Counted from the first letter of the stretch, positions 26,005 through 38,269 are shown. The stretch is DNA of 64,000 nt from Octopus vulgaris (GCA_951406725.2 OX597817.1:126666001-126730000), one strand, 5' to 3'. Numbers and translations: made by a program. The notes: generated from the sequence alone by a model not told the origin.

Positions 26005-28869
26005 ATGACTACCAAAATAAATAGAGGCGAATTTCGATCTGTAAGTCTTATGCGAGTTCGATATGAACAATATATTAATTCGGAGAATTCAGAAGCGGTG
26101 TCTTGTCAAAAAATTGACCCTGTACAAACACTCCCTTCTCCTAACGACACCGTCACAGAGGCGGCGTCTTGTCAAAAAGTTGACTCTGAAAAAATGGACC
26201 CCTCTGATGTCGCCGTCAATCATTTAATGAAAACAAGCCAAAAATCATGCCGGATCGGTCATCGCCCGGGACAACAAGGACCGCGTTACCCAGTAGGGAA
26301 CCAGACTGGGGTCGAAAAGTTTGCTGCTGGAACAAACTCTCAAAAAGACGATCTACCAGGTGACCAGAACCAGAATACTTCTAACTCTGGACTTGTAGTG
26401 ACACCACCAAAAACACCACCTAAAGCAAAACGTATAAAATGGACCAGAGAGGACTATAGAGATGTGTTGAAAGCTTTTTATACAGCCCAACTAAACCCAA
26501 ATAGTAACCTCAGTGTACAAACATACATCTCATGGAGAAATTCAGTAGGCAATGACGTACGTAGATATATAGACGCAAATAAATTAAGTAATGTACGCAG
26601 AGATATAATTAAAAACAAAAGACTAACTGACGCTGAAATTGACAAAATTAGGACACTGATAGCTCATGGTAGACCAAAAGAAAACAGCAACAATGTAGAC
26701 GAAATAGGTAACAGTAGCACAGAAGCCAGTGTACAAGTGGCAAATCAACTTCCCAATGGGGAAGTTAAACAAAGAATAGCGAAGACGAGAGATTTGAAAA
26801 AAGAGGAGAACGTAGACCTTCCTCAAGAAAACCAAAATAGATATGACATAGAATTTGAGGTGAATAATAGAGAAAAGATTATGGAAGCAAAAGTGGACAT
26901 TATGAGAGAACTCGGCAAGATTGAGCTCACTGACATGGTTAATAGAGAACCACTACCAAAGTTTTCAAATGGCACAAGAAATAACAACACAATCATGACA
27001 TATAACGTTGCCCTAGGACAGATCTTAAGAAATAAGGGGAATGAGTTGACAACCTTAAATAATCTCATTTATTCCACTGCTAAAGTAGTAACTACCCAAC
27101 TAGGTATTAAGATGACAAAGAAAAAGGCCAGGCATGTCAATGAACCTCCTAAGTGGAAAGTAGCGATACAAAAAGAGATTGAATCTCTGCGGGCGGATGT
27201 TTCAGTTCTCGATGAGCTTGCTAGAGGAGTGAATATTAAGCCTAGAAAAGCTAGAAAAATCAAGCAAAAATATAAAATCAAAGATCTCATAAACCCCCCT
27301 GCAACTAAGGAACTGTTGAAACAACAGATACAGTTGAAAGCTCAACGGCTTAGAAGGTATGACAAAAGAAACAAATTTTATCGACAAAATAAATTTTTTA
27401 AGACAGATGCAAAGAAATTTTATAGGGAAATTGGCAAAAATAAAATACACATAGAAGATCCACCTAAGATTGAGGAAGTGGAGGAGTTCTGGAAGAAGGT
27501 ATGGAGCAACGAAAAAGAGTTTAATGCTGAGGCTGACTGGATAGAACGTGAGAAAGAGAGACTGGATGAACTTGAAGAACAGAAATGGGAAGCAATAGGA
27601 ATAGAGGAGCTAAGGTGTGTCCTTAGGAAGGCTCATAAATGGAAAACCCCAAGACTGGATCGGATCCCTAACTTCTGGCTGAATTGTTTGACAGAGGTAC
27701 ACGAACATCTCGCTGCATCTCTGTCTGATGTCATTCAGAACCCAGAGCAAATACCTGCTTGGCTGACTGAAGGAACCACCTACCTATTACCTAAAACCGA
27801 AGACACAAAAAACCCAAAGAATTACCGGCCAATAACATGTCTCAACACCACCTACAAAATCCTCACATCCATAATAACGGAGAGAATGTACGCTTTCCTT
27901 GAACAAAATTCTATCCTTCCACAAGCTCAAAAAGGTTGTAAAAGAAACTCTTATGGGTGCAAAGACCAATTGCTCATAAACAAAATGATTGTAGAGAATT
28001 GCCGGAGCAAAAACAAAAACCTGAGTATGGCATGGATAGACTACAGGAAAGCGTATGACAGTGTCCCACATAAATGGATACTCAAGGCCCTTGAGATATA
28101 CAAGATCTCTCCTGTCGTCTCAAAATTCTTAGAGAATAGCATGACCATGTGGAACACACGTCTCTTTCTAAGCCATAGTAATGGGATGAGCCAGTCCAAC
28201 AGCATCAACATCAAACGAGGCATCTTTCAAGGTGACTCCCTCTCTCCATTACGTTTTTGCATGGCACTGATCCCACTCTCAAACGAATTGGATAGTACTA
28301 GATATGGGTACAAAGTTTTTAGTAAATTAATAAACCATCTTTTCTATATGGACGACCTAAAGCTGTTTGCCAGGAATGACCAAGAGCTAGAAGGGCTGCT
28401 AACAACTGTTAAAGAATTTAGCAATGATATCGGAATGGATTTTGGCCTTGATAAGTGTGCTAAAGCAACTTTTGTAAGAGGCAAGCTCAGGCAAACAGCT
28501 TCTGTTAAATTAGATATTGACACTACCATCAAGGAACTTGACCCACAGGAAAGTTACAAATACCTAGGAATCAACGAAGGAGATGGTATACATCATGCTA
28601 CTATGAAGGAAAAAATAAGAAAGGAATACTATAGGAGAATAAGGCTTGTACTGAAGACTGAACTCAACTCCAAAAATTGCATTGAGGCCATTAACACCCT
28701 GGCACTTCCAGTAGTCCAGTACAGTTTTAATATCATTAACTGGAACCTTACGGAACTCCAACGCTTAGACAGGAAGACAAGAAAGTTACTGACATCCAAG
28801 AGCATGCACCACCCTAAGGCAGATGTAGACCGCTTGTACCTACCTAGAAGCAGCGGGGGAGAGGAATGA
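26005..28869 (+). CDS. Dong/R4 polyprotein N-terminus and reverse transcriptase (first ATG 26005; upstream poly-Ile is microsatellite)
   Basis: KNYRPITCL, AWIDYRKAYDSVPH, GIFQGDSLSP, HLFYMDDLKLFA, YKYLG, LYLPRSSGG. Confidence 0.93.
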   Translation: MTTKINRGEFRSVSLMRVRYEQYINSENSEAVSCQKIDPVQTLPSPNDTVTEAASCQKVDSEKMDPSDVAVNHLMKTSQKSCRIGHRPGQQGPRYPVGNQTGVEKFAAGTNSQKDDLPGDQNQNTSNSGLVVTPPKTPPKAKRIKWTREDYRDVLKAFYTAQLNPNSNLSVQTYISWRNSVGNDVRRYIDANKLSNVRRDIIKNKRLTDAEIDKIRTLIAHGRPKENSNNVDEIGNSSTEASVQVANQLPNGEVKQRIAKTRDLKKEENVDLPQENQNRYDIEFEVNNREKIMEAKVDIMRELGKIELTDMVNREPLPKFSNGTRNNNTIMTYNVALGQILRNKGNELTTLNNLIYSTAKVVTTQLGIKMTKKKARHVNEPPKWKVAIQKEIESLRADVSVLDELARGVNIKPRKARKIKQKYKIKDLINPPATKELLKQQIQLKAQRLRRYDKRNKFYRQNKFFKTDAKKFYREIGKNKIHIEDPPKIEEVEEFWKKVWSNEKEFNAEADWIEREKERLDELEEQKWEAIGIEELRCVLRKAHKWKTPRLDRIPNFWLNCLTEVHEHLAASLSDVIQNPEQIPAWLTEGTTYLLPKTEDTKNPKNYRPITCLNTTYKILTSIITERMYAFLEQNSILPQAQKGCKRNSYGCKDQLLINKMIVENCRSKNKNLSMAWIDYRKAYDSVPHKWILKALEIYKISPVVSKFLENSMTMWNTRLFLSHSNGMSQSNSINIKRGIFQGDSLSPLRFCMALIPLSNELDSTRYGYKVFSKLINHLFYMDDLKLFARNDQELEGLLTTVKEFSNDIGMDFGLDKCAKATFVRGKLRQTASVKLDIDTTIKELDPQESYKYLGINEGDGIHHATMKEKIRKEYYRRIRLVLKTELNSKNCIEAINTLALPVVQYSFNIINWNLTELQRLDRKTRKLLTSKSMHHPKADVDRLYLPRSSGGEE

Positions 28870-29897
28870 TGCAATTAGAGCTGTGCTATAAGACCTCTAC
28901 TGTAGGAATGAACAGGTACCTATCTAGTACAAAGGACTGGATGCTGCGACTTGTGCGCGAACACGAAAGCAACAAAAAGCTGCATTCTATTGTCAAGGAA
29001 GCTTATAAGTTCGAAAGGGAACTAGACATTAACCTTGAATCAGATGAAGAGCCGGAAACCACTGCTACCAAGCAAGCAAAGCGAATCAAGCAGACTGCAA
29101 AAAAGAACGGGCAGAATCAAATTGAGAGGCGGTGGAGCCAGAAGCCCCTGCATGGACAATATATTCTCCAAAGCCAAAATGCTGATGTAGACCAAGCAAC
29201 AACCCATCAGTGGCTGAAGAGCTCTGGATTGAAAGCAGAGACTGAAGGTGTCATAATGGCAGCACAAGATCAAAGCTTGTTTACCAGAAATTACCAGGCT
29301 AACGTTCTCCGAAACGGTACTGACCCTAAATGCAGATTCTGCGACACATTTGACGAAACGATAGACCATCTCGTTTCGGGATGTCCTGTGCTGACACCAA
29401 ACGAATACAAAAATCGCCACGATAGGGTAGGACAGTATATACATTGGAAGATATGTAAACACTACAAATCCGACACTCCTGCTAACTGGTATGAACACCA
29501 TCCTCAGCCAGTTGTTGAAGGTAAAGATGTCACCATCCTCTGGGATTTTCCAGTCAACACTGACAGAACGATCAAGGCTAATCGACCAGACATAATTGTT
29601 AAAGACAAGGAAGAAAATACCTGCAGACTAATAGAAGTAAGCGTCCCCACTGATAAAAATGTATCTGTCAAGGAATTTGACAAACTTAGTAAATATAAGG
29701 ACCTGGAAATCGAAATACAGAGGATGTGGAATCTTAAAACAAAAACTGTTCCTGTTATTGTAGGTGCCCTAGGTATGATAAAAAAGGGATGTCAGAAACA
29801 CCTAGACAATATCCCTGGAAAACCATGTCTCAAGGAAATCCAAAAGATTGTGCTAACAAGTACTGCCCACATCCTTAGAAAAACCCTATCAATGTAA
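28866..29897 (+). CDS. Dong/R4 polyprotein C-terminus: CCHC zinc knuckle and restriction-like endonuclease
   Basis: CRFCDTFDETIDHLVSGC, RHD, RPDIIV..IEVSVP, KLSKYKDL, PVIVGALG; joins the RT frame if one G is restored near 28855 (PRSSGGRGMMQLE). Confidence 0.93.
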   Translation: MMQLELCYKTSTVGMNRYLSSTKDWMLRLVREHESNKKLHSIVKEAYKFERELDINLESDEEPETTATKQAKRIKQTAKKNGQNQIERRWSQKPLHGQYILQSQNADVDQATTHQWLKSSGLKAETEGVIMAAQDQSLFTRNYQANVLRNGTDPKCRFCDTFDETIDHLVSGCPVLTPNEYKNRHDRVGQYIHWKICKHYKSDTPANWYEHHPQPVVEGKDVTILWDFPVNTDRTIKANRPDIIVKDKEENTCRLIEVSVPTDKNVSVKEFDKLSKYKDLEIEIQRMWNLKTKTVPVIVGALGMIKKGCQKHLDNIPGKPCLKEIQKIVLTSTAHILRKTLSM

Positions 29898-30679
29898 ATG
29901 TCTGTGTTTGCATTACATGGAGATATATCTCTACTTCCCCTCCCCAAGCTTTCAGCTATATTTCAACAACTCTTAACCTTCACTTGCCCTAGGGCGCTGG
30001 GTGTGCCCCGGCAGGTGATTGCATCAAACATGCAGATTAAAAGTAAATGACAATGATGATAATAATAATAATAATAATGATAATAATAATAATAATGATC
30101 ATGATAATAATAATAATAATTGCTTCAATTTTTGGTCCATGACATGCAACTTCGGGGAGGCAGTAAGACCATTGCATCAAACTTAGTAATAATTATATTA
30201 ACGACACTGATAGCAACAACAATAATAATACTGAGACGAAGAAATTTAAGTAATGTCACATGTGTATGTGTGCATTTGTTTGTACTTCCATAACGCATGC
30301 ATGTATGTATGTTTTCATGAATACGTGGCCAATAGTTCTTATTTAGTGTTCTCCCCAATTGAAAGGTATATTTGCTGAAATATTGGAATTAGTAACCTGT
30401 AAGCACTACTATGTATTCTGAAGATATATATGGGCATGGTAGGATGAAGTCAGATGGAAAGGGGAAAGTATTTGTCCAATAGCAAGCAGATTCATGACTA
30501 ATTAATCTGCATTTTCATTGCTCAAAAATGAAACCTTATCATCTCAAATATGACTATAATAATTATATACAATACTTGATTATAAATGAATCCTGCGATA
30601 AAATTTGTTCTGTGACGATAAGTGTAGTAATTAATAAGGGTGGTATATTTTCCGCGAAGTGAACGACAAAACAGCTTAC

Positions 30680-30856
30680 CTGAGAATTCAACATGTTCAA
30701 ATAATACAATATTATTCAAAGAGAACGGAGTGAGAGAGAAATACTCTGTTGCAGAGACATATGGCTTTATTCCTGCATGTTTCCATAAAAGTCATCCTGC
30801 ATTGCCCATAAACAAATTGATATCACCTGATTTCCAAGATCCTGGCGAGATATTCA
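30680..30856 (-). pseudogene. Beta/gamma-crystallin exon, 177 bp, phase 1-1, one in-frame TGA
   Basis: NISPGSWKSGDINLFMGNAG*LLWKHAGIKPY...SLTPFSLNNIVLFEHVEFSG; consensus donor CAG|GTAAGC. Confidence 0.7.
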
Positions 30857-31768
30857 CTTGAAACCAAAACATTTTATTTTTTAAAAACCGTTCACACATA
30901 TCTCTCAGATGTTGTTATTTTAGAACTTGTTCTGTCGTACGTATATTGCTATCATGCTCCAAGATAATATTTCAGTATTAGCTCTTCGATTCTTAATAAG
31001 ATTATACGTCTTGCATGAAACAGTTTGTATTAGTTCTTTTCTACCTTCTTATGCATTTCCACATAGATCCTGTATAGGTCAACCAGGAAAAAGCAAGTAC
31101 ATATTTTACTTTATACTGCATTTCATATTATAAACTAAATTGATAACATTTCGTATATTTATGAAAGCAAGTTAATTTAAGCGTACAACATAATCGTAAT
31201 AGAAATATTTTCCAAATGTATTTTTAATTTGCAATTCAGATTTGCTTATCCCATGTAGATTCATTTTCTGATTTGTTTGTAGATGTAGATTGTTCAACTA
31301 ACAAATTCAACCAAAATAATTTGCTCAGTCCGGGTTATGGTAGGAGATACGTGCTCGCAGAATTCCTAAATGAAGCCAAAAGCCGAACCACATCTTTGTG
31401 AGTTGTAATTCTTAACAATGCATATAGTTTTCTGTATTGTCTAAACTGGATATAATTTTTCTTGTACTGTCCACTATATGTTGTGGAAAATATTCTTTAA
31501 CTATCCTCTTTTATTATACATCAGTATTTCTTTTTACAAAATTGTTTATCTTCACAGCAGCCTACTGTTCTGGCATAATGAAATTATACTCACAACTACA
31601 ATAAAAGCAAACTTGTGTCACAGGTAGTTTCATTGATGGCAGATAATATGTCACAGTACAAAGAGAACATTCCACAACTTTATCGAATTTAAAACGGTAC
31701 GATAACATCAATAATTCGTAATGTATATTTCGAAGCATAACTTTTGTCGCTATATGACTATCGCTTAC

Positions 31769-31858
31769 TCTTAGAACACCGTACCGTATGTGAGCATTTT
31801 CTGACATAGCATCAAGTTGAGAAAATTTTCCTGAATAGCATTCGACAGACATGAAAGC
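31769..31858 (-). pseudogene. 90 bp exon, probably a crystallin motif half
   Basis: Branch-like acttaac, acceptor cttcaacag, donor aga|gtaagc; AFMSVECYSGKFSQLDAMSENAHIRYGVLR. Confidence 0.5.
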
Positions 31859-33167
31859 CTGTTGAAGTGACAATTTCGTTAAGTGAGTGTTAATTCATTC
31901 TCCATTTAACGCCATCATTTTATCCCTGAATGCTTTGAGGTCGCTAGACTCAGATTTTATCATTTATCCCATTCTTCCTTTATTTTAGGACAAATTTTGT
32001 CCATTAGAAATCTCACTATTATTACTTTTCTCCTCTGGCTAAGTAATTCAAATAAATGAAATGCATCTAAACTTATGCAGTTTTTCTTTTGCATTCGAAT
32101 TGTATGATAAGAAATATAAAAAAATAAATATAAATTTCTCGTACTATTATTATGCGCATAGGTAAAGTTACAGATTCAATTTCAAAGTTGAAACTATCAC
32201 CATCCTTTTCATTCATATTCTAATGTGATTTATATTTGAATAATTGCATAGGCAAATCGGACATACTTTAATTAATAGTTAGTTCTATTATCATTAAAAT
32301 ATAAATTTTATTTCTACTGTTATCAATTATTATCAGTCATCCTCTATTCAAAATAAAATTTTCTACTAGCTGAGAAATTTATTCAAAATCTTATTGTAAT
32401 TAATATTTTATTGCTTGTATAAAATATTAACGACATGATCAGAATATAGATAATATTCGAGGGAGTTTATTGCCAAAAATATGTTCAATTAATTTCTATT
32501 TCTAGTAGATCTTACGTGCAATTAATTCAAATAAATGCTCGTATTTTAGAGACTTTAAATGCGACCATTACTGTTCAGTGAATATTTGAAAATTAAAATA
32601 AAACGTTCTTAAATGAAAAGTAGTAATGTTCTTTAAGAAAGAATGCACCATGTTCAATAATAATGAAATACTTTCTATATGAACGATTATTAATTAATAA
32701 ATTCTGTCTATATCAGTACTGTTAATATATAAAAATGATTGGCTAAATGAGACAGTTACTTTGGTTCATAATATTCTCAAAACTGTAGTCACCTGAAATT
32801 ATTATATATATTCATGTTAAATAATATTTTACAAAAGAATATTTTTGTATAAAAAACACATACGTGCGTCGTATACATTAACATGCATATCCATAAGCAA
32901 TAATATTAAAGTATATAACACATTTGTTTGCCCCACTACCTTGCCAGTTCTGTAATTCCCTCGACGCTATTTGTAATTATATATATCTATAACGCAGATA
33001 TATTCACTGCGGTGCTTATTTTAACCATATCGTGATTATGCGGTGATTTGGCGGGCAATTCAAATGACAGTGTCCATACGTGCATATGTATGTATGTACG
33101 ACGCTCGTGTATGTAAGTATATCGTTTGCTGTGCATATATATATCTGCATTTACGTACCCTTGATAT

Positions 33168-33227
33168 ATTCAATTGATGACGGTAAAGCTTATTTAAAGC
33201 AGAACCAGAAATCCTTGGATCTTGAAT
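33168..33227 (+). ncRNA. Type I hammerhead-like motif (Penelope-type)
   Basis: attcaa-TTGATGA-cggt..acca-GAAA-tccttgga-TC-ttgaat: 6 bp stem I, near-palindromic stem III, C3->U variant. Confidence 0.65.
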
Positions 33228-33462
33228 TATTCAATAATGTTTGCTTGTATGTTTTGTCCCTCCGCCTTACCTCATGGTACGATATGAACATTTAACGTGG
33301 TTTTATAGTCAGAATTTCGACTGCCATTTCGGCATGTTGGTGTCTTTTAGACACCCTCATTTTTAATTGTTATAAAAACTTTTTACCTTTGTAAGGTATT
33401 TCTTTCATGCTGGCCACTTGATAATTTTGATACTTAAATATCGATATTATCCTCATATATAA

Positions 33463-33563
<101 letters not shown>

Positions 33564-33739
33564 CATGTATGTATGTATGTATGCATGTATGTATGTATGG
33601 CTATGGATGAAAGGAAGAAAAGGGAGAATTATAGGTGTCTAAATAATTTATTTGAATGATATGAGGTTTAATGGTTTTTATAAAATCAATACATATGAAT
33701 TATTGATTATAAAGCTCTAAAAGAAATTACAGATGCCAG

Positions 33740-33864
33740 AACCCTACATATATGTTTCGATTCATGTCCCTAGTTGATTACTAATTCTAAGCATTTAGGT
33801 AGGGTCTTATGCTAAGAATTGGTCATTATTTTAAAATATATTAGGCAGAATCTCATGAGAGCTT
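33740..33864 (-). ncRNA. Degenerate type I hammerhead with long stem II insertion
   Basis: aagct-CTCATGA-gattc...gaatc-GAAA-catatatg-TA-gggtt; palindromic stem III; G5 mutated. Confidence 0.55.
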
Positions 33865-34225
33865 TATGAGCTTATACAATAGAAGTAAACATAGTTGTTG
33901 AAAGGATGCAGACGAATTGCTTTCAATCTCATGGTATCATAAAAATAAATTATTTAAAATCCATAATTCTCCATATATATACATATTTACAAATTCTAAG
34001 AAAATAAATAGAAAATGTATATAAGCTATTTGACTATGTGTGCATAAGGTATTACTGATATTATTTTTCAGCAACTAATAATGGCACACACTCAGCTTGC
34101 TAAAGAAATGAAGATGCATACTGTAATTGCGGCCTTAAATGCTGAGTGCAGTTATTTAGAGAAAGCTCAGTCTTGAAAATTTGCTATATTTTTCATCTAC
34201 TAAGTTTACCACAGGTTGGGAAGGT

Positions 34226-34443
34226 ATAACCAGTATCGAAATACAGAAAATAGTTCCAACACTCGAATTTATCCAACAAACGCAGCAGATCATTTACGGA
34301 TATCTCCAAAAATCCATTCGGTCAATTGAAAATATTTCCAAGTGTCAGAAGAGACAATCGGAATGTTGTCTACGAGTGCTTACAAGACATATAGTACGTT
34401 ATGAAGAAAGATCAATTCAAGTCGAAAAAAGAAAGGAATATTG
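34226..34443 (-). pseudogene. Possible crystallin-like exon
   Basis: IVSSDTWKYFQLTEWIFG and LELFSVFRY with stops; acceptor ctgttcag, donor gtg|gtaaac. Confidence 0.35.
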
Positions 34444-34602
34444 TCTGAACAGATGTAAAGGTCATTATGGATATGTTATATATACATATGAATATTATGT
34501 ATATGTATGTACGTAAGTATATATATATGCACACATACTCACACATATATATATATATACACTCGCGTGCTGCGCATATATATATATATATATGTGTATG
34601 TT

Positions 34603-34646
<44 letters not shown>

Positions 34647-34948
34647 CGCGCGTGTTTGCACGTTTCGCTATTTTATGTGAATTACTTCTGCATTTATCCG
34701 TATTTTTATATGAAACGTAATTAAATTCTCTTTAAGTTATCCCGAACAAGGCAGACGGCTTAACACAAGGTTCTACCACCCATATCTCTTATGATAAAAG
34801 GCAGATTTTTTCTGCCTGTTCCCATGTTTCTTTTTAATATAATTCTACAGTATAGAATTTCTTCAATTGGAATTTACCTATGATTTTTCCAAGTAGATTC
34901 GATTGGGTGTGTGTGTGTGTATGTATGTGTATTAATGTGTGTGTGTTA

Positions 34949-35339
34949 TCTCTCTTTATATAAAGCTGAAGTTGTCTGTGTGCGCCAGGTTTGGTAACCT
35001 TCAACTAACACTATCTCCTCCGAGACCCTGCGGCGCAAGTTGACCAAAATTGAGAGTATGATAGAAGAAGGGTTGCTCTTCCTTCCGTAGAAGATAAAAT
35101 TCAAATCGGACCATGTTAACACCAAAAATTATTTACATCTAAAAGGTGCTTTTTCTATGAAAATCCCTATTTTTGTACGATTTTTTCACTGTTGTGTCGC
35201 CACTTTTCGGTGTATTTCAACCAGAAAAATGTTCACTTGAAGAAAATAACAAGCTACATAATGCATAATTTTTAAATTTGAAAAGTTCCAATTCCAGCGG
35301 GTCGAAACAAACCCGAGCAACGCCGGGTGATACTGCCAG
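34949..35339 (+). mobile_element. Non-autonomous Helitron-like element
   Basis: A|TC 5' end (tctctctttatataaagc), 3' hairpin cccg-agcaacgc-cggg followed by ccag|T (CTRR variant). Confidence 0.7.
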
Positions 35340-36199
35340 TGTATAATATAGGTTCTTCTAAATACATGTCATTAAGAAATACCGAAGGGAATTTTTGAGT
35401 GATTCATAAATATTGTACTCACAAACAGCACGAAAAAATATCCGCAATAAAAAAGCAATGTAATTTTAAAGTTTTACTACAAATATCGCTGGTTAAGTTT
35501 GAAGTTTCACGTAGTTTTACTAAGATACGCGCATCACTAGAGCATACTTCTATTCGGTATTGTTTTCTGAAATGTTAATGTGACATGACAGAGTAGTAGA
35601 ATTGTCAGATAAAAAGATTACAGCAGACTTTGTGGGTAGCAAAAATAGGTTTACGCATTTAATGAGTAGGTGATTTTAAGGAGCAATTATCGTTAAGATG
35701 CAAAGTTTGTTAATTTTTTTACTATTTCAACACATCTGGTAAAACGGAAATATTGATCACTCAAATCTTTGTGATCAGCATTCTAATATATTGCAATTAT
35801 GATATGCGTCTGTAGTCTGTGTCATTCATATCCATATTTCGGTAACTGACGTCTATACATAGTCATAGCTAAAATCGTATATGCACTGCAACAGGGATTG
35901 AATTCTTTCTATTGTAATGTGTAGAAGCCAGTACTTAATAACAAAATTTACTTCATTTACTCTGTTATATTCTTAGATATTATATTGGTCATGTTTCAGT
36001 ATCTTAGCTATTTTTCTTTATCTTTTTTTACAATTATATATACTGTTTATACAGAATTCATTACTCTTTCTCAGAGACATATTTTACATTTTTTGAATAA
36101 GATAAATGTAAATATTGTCATTAAATGATTAGGATATGATCACCAATAAGAATAAATGATTAATGTCAGAATCAGCATAAGCGGATTTTTTATTCTCTG

Positions 36200-36446
36200 G
36201 ATTTGTACAACTGAATTAATTTGAAAGAACACAATTCAGAAACTGCTTGAAGATTTCGATTTTAATTATGCCAAAATATTGCTGGCTGATTCATCCAATT
36301 TTGCTTTGATACACTGCATTTGTCATCTAGTGGTGCAGTAATATTTTTGCACTGTTGGCAACATTGAAAATTATTGTAATCTCTGGTACAAAATATCCAT
36401 TCCCACTACCCACAAAACTTCCAGGACATATTTTTACATAAATATA
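36200..36446 (-). pseudogene. PLAC-like Cys-rich exon with in-frame TAG
   Basis: Acceptor cttatttcttttag; CKNMSWKFCG*WEWIFCTRDYNNFQCCQQC (36349-36438), spacing C-x7-C-x7-C-x8-CC-x2-C as in PLAC. Confidence 0.7.
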
Positions 36447-37592
36447 CTAAAAGAAATAAGCAAGCAAATCAGCACAAATAACACTAGTTTTAGAAAATAG
36501 CATTTGAACAAAAGAAAAGTTTTGTTCTGAAATAGGTAAATGCGTAGAATTACGAAAGTATTAGTAGTATTTCAGAAAATGTTCAAATACTAATTTTCCC
36601 ATTTCGTTATTATATTTAAACATAAAATACACCCTTACATGTTTCAGGTAGATTCTAAAATTAAGCTCCAACCTTTAATAAATCCATATAACATCATTAT
36701 AAATGCATTTTATTTATCTATTATCACTGATTCTCAAAATAATTCAAATTACAGACTCAATTTCGAATTTATACTAATTTAGACTTCCTATGTGTATTAT
36801 ACAATGTGGTATTATGAATTATTATACAATAATTTGCAAGCACCAGTTATTTTATTTAAGAGAATAATATTAACGTTCGTACAGAACATTATCAGTTTCT
36901 GCATCACTTACAAGTGAAATTATAGTAGTGGAACAAGAAAAGAAAGTATTATACGTTATACGTACTTTTAAGAATACTACTTGACTGAGTTGCCTTGATT
37001 CAGAGAAGAAATTTTATACAGGATTTCGTTTCAATTTGCATTGGAATTAATGCTTTGCTACATTATATGTATTTAGAGATTGAGATATCAGATATGGCGT
37101 AGAGATATTGATGAATGGAGTTGGTGTGTGAAACCTCCCGAGAGCATCTACACTTACTCAAGCACAAATTCACATATACAGACGCACAGGGATGTATGTA
37201 TACATTATAACTAGCGATATAGTTCGGCGTTAGCGAGTATTCAGTTGTCTTTTCCCTTCAGTAAACACATTTAGAACGTTGTGGAGCCGAGATCTGGAAC
37301 TTGACGACCCTTTTGCTAGGAAAACACGTCGTTAAATATTGAGAGATAAATTTCTAGAATAATATCCAATAATATATATATTCTCCACGGATATATTTCA
37401 ATAGTTTCTTGAAGTGGAGAATTTCACGTCCCATTACTCGAATATCCCAAACCGCTGTTATTTCCTTACATGTTATACTCTTACTAAATTCGTATACCTG
37501 TATTTCACTGATGAAATACATAGTTATTGCCTTTTGAAATAATTGAAACCATCATCAATAACATGAATATTACAGAAAGAAGGTGCGTCTTT

Positions 37593-37888
37593 TTGTGCGT
37601 CTTCTCGCCTTCCGTACTTCCGTATTTCTGTTGGTAGTCCGTAAAGAAAATTTTTTAAATTATCAAGCATTTAAATAGGATAGATAACTGGTTTTCTAGT
37701 TATACCTTTCTAAATGAACTGGTAAAATAATTATTGTATTTTGTTCGTTGGTTGTCTAGTTGCACTTTAGATCTATAGGGAGAATCGAAGAAAGAATGAA
37801 CAAAATAGCTTAAACGGGTGAAATGAGATAAGTTCATATACTGAGCTTAATGTTAGGCAGTAAGTACGGAAGGCGAGAAGACGCACAA
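37593..37888. mobile_element. MITE with 27 bp perfect TIRs
   Basis: ttgtgcgtcttctcgccttccgtactt (37593-37619) / aagtacggaaggcgagaagacgcacaa (37862-37888). Confidence 0.8.
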
Positions 37889-38079
37889 TTAGAAATAATC
37901 AGAGAAGTAGGTTAAGACGAGAGAGAGAGAGAGAGCAAATTACGTATTAGTTATTCAGTTCAATCTATAATAATGACAAAATTTTATAATTTACACATAT
38001 AAAATGATGAAAGCATTGTCCTATGAAAACAAGCATAATATTATATAACTGTTTGTAAGCATCAATAAACTTGGTAAAA

Positions 38080-38136
38080 GTTAAATGATATTCGTTCTAT
38101 AACCTTGCCCATATGACACACGGCAGCAACATGATA
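38080..38136 (-). pseudogene. ADAM Cys-rich domain C-terminal exon remnant
   Basis: Acceptor aattgtag; AVCHMGKVIE (cf. .C..GKC.). Confidence 0.4.
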
Positions 38137-38237
38137 CTACAATTTATACAGCAGTGAATATAATATTGGTAATGCCATTTTAATATCTTCTTGTGAATAT
38201 TTTTTTAGAAATATGTGTATGCATTTACGTAAGAAAT

Positions 38238-38269
<32 letters not shown>

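Larger units (their letters stand above)
26003..30050 (+). mobile_element. Near-intact Dong/R4-clade RLE non-LTR retrotransposon
   Basis: Single RT-ZF-RLE ORF with one frameshift, ~150 bp structured 3' UTR, (TAA)n on both sides. Confidence 0.95.

Noticed and set aside
26170-26335. HDV-like ribozyme (loop tcatcgc resembles HDV L3)
   Set aside because: No P1 or P2 pairing conserved in both copies; reported only as a pseudoknot/hairpin.
28850-28870. Programmed frameshift or stop-restart between the two Dong ORFs
   Set aside because: R4-clade elements have one ORF and the GGRG motif is restored by a single G in a homopolymer; mutation or sequencing error is simpler.
31769-31858. Exon resembling the ionotropic glutamate receptor post-M3 segment (AFLTVE...I.YG.L)
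   Set aside because: No SYTANLA or other receptor exons found; neighbouring exons are crystallin-like and this one also fits a Greek-key half.
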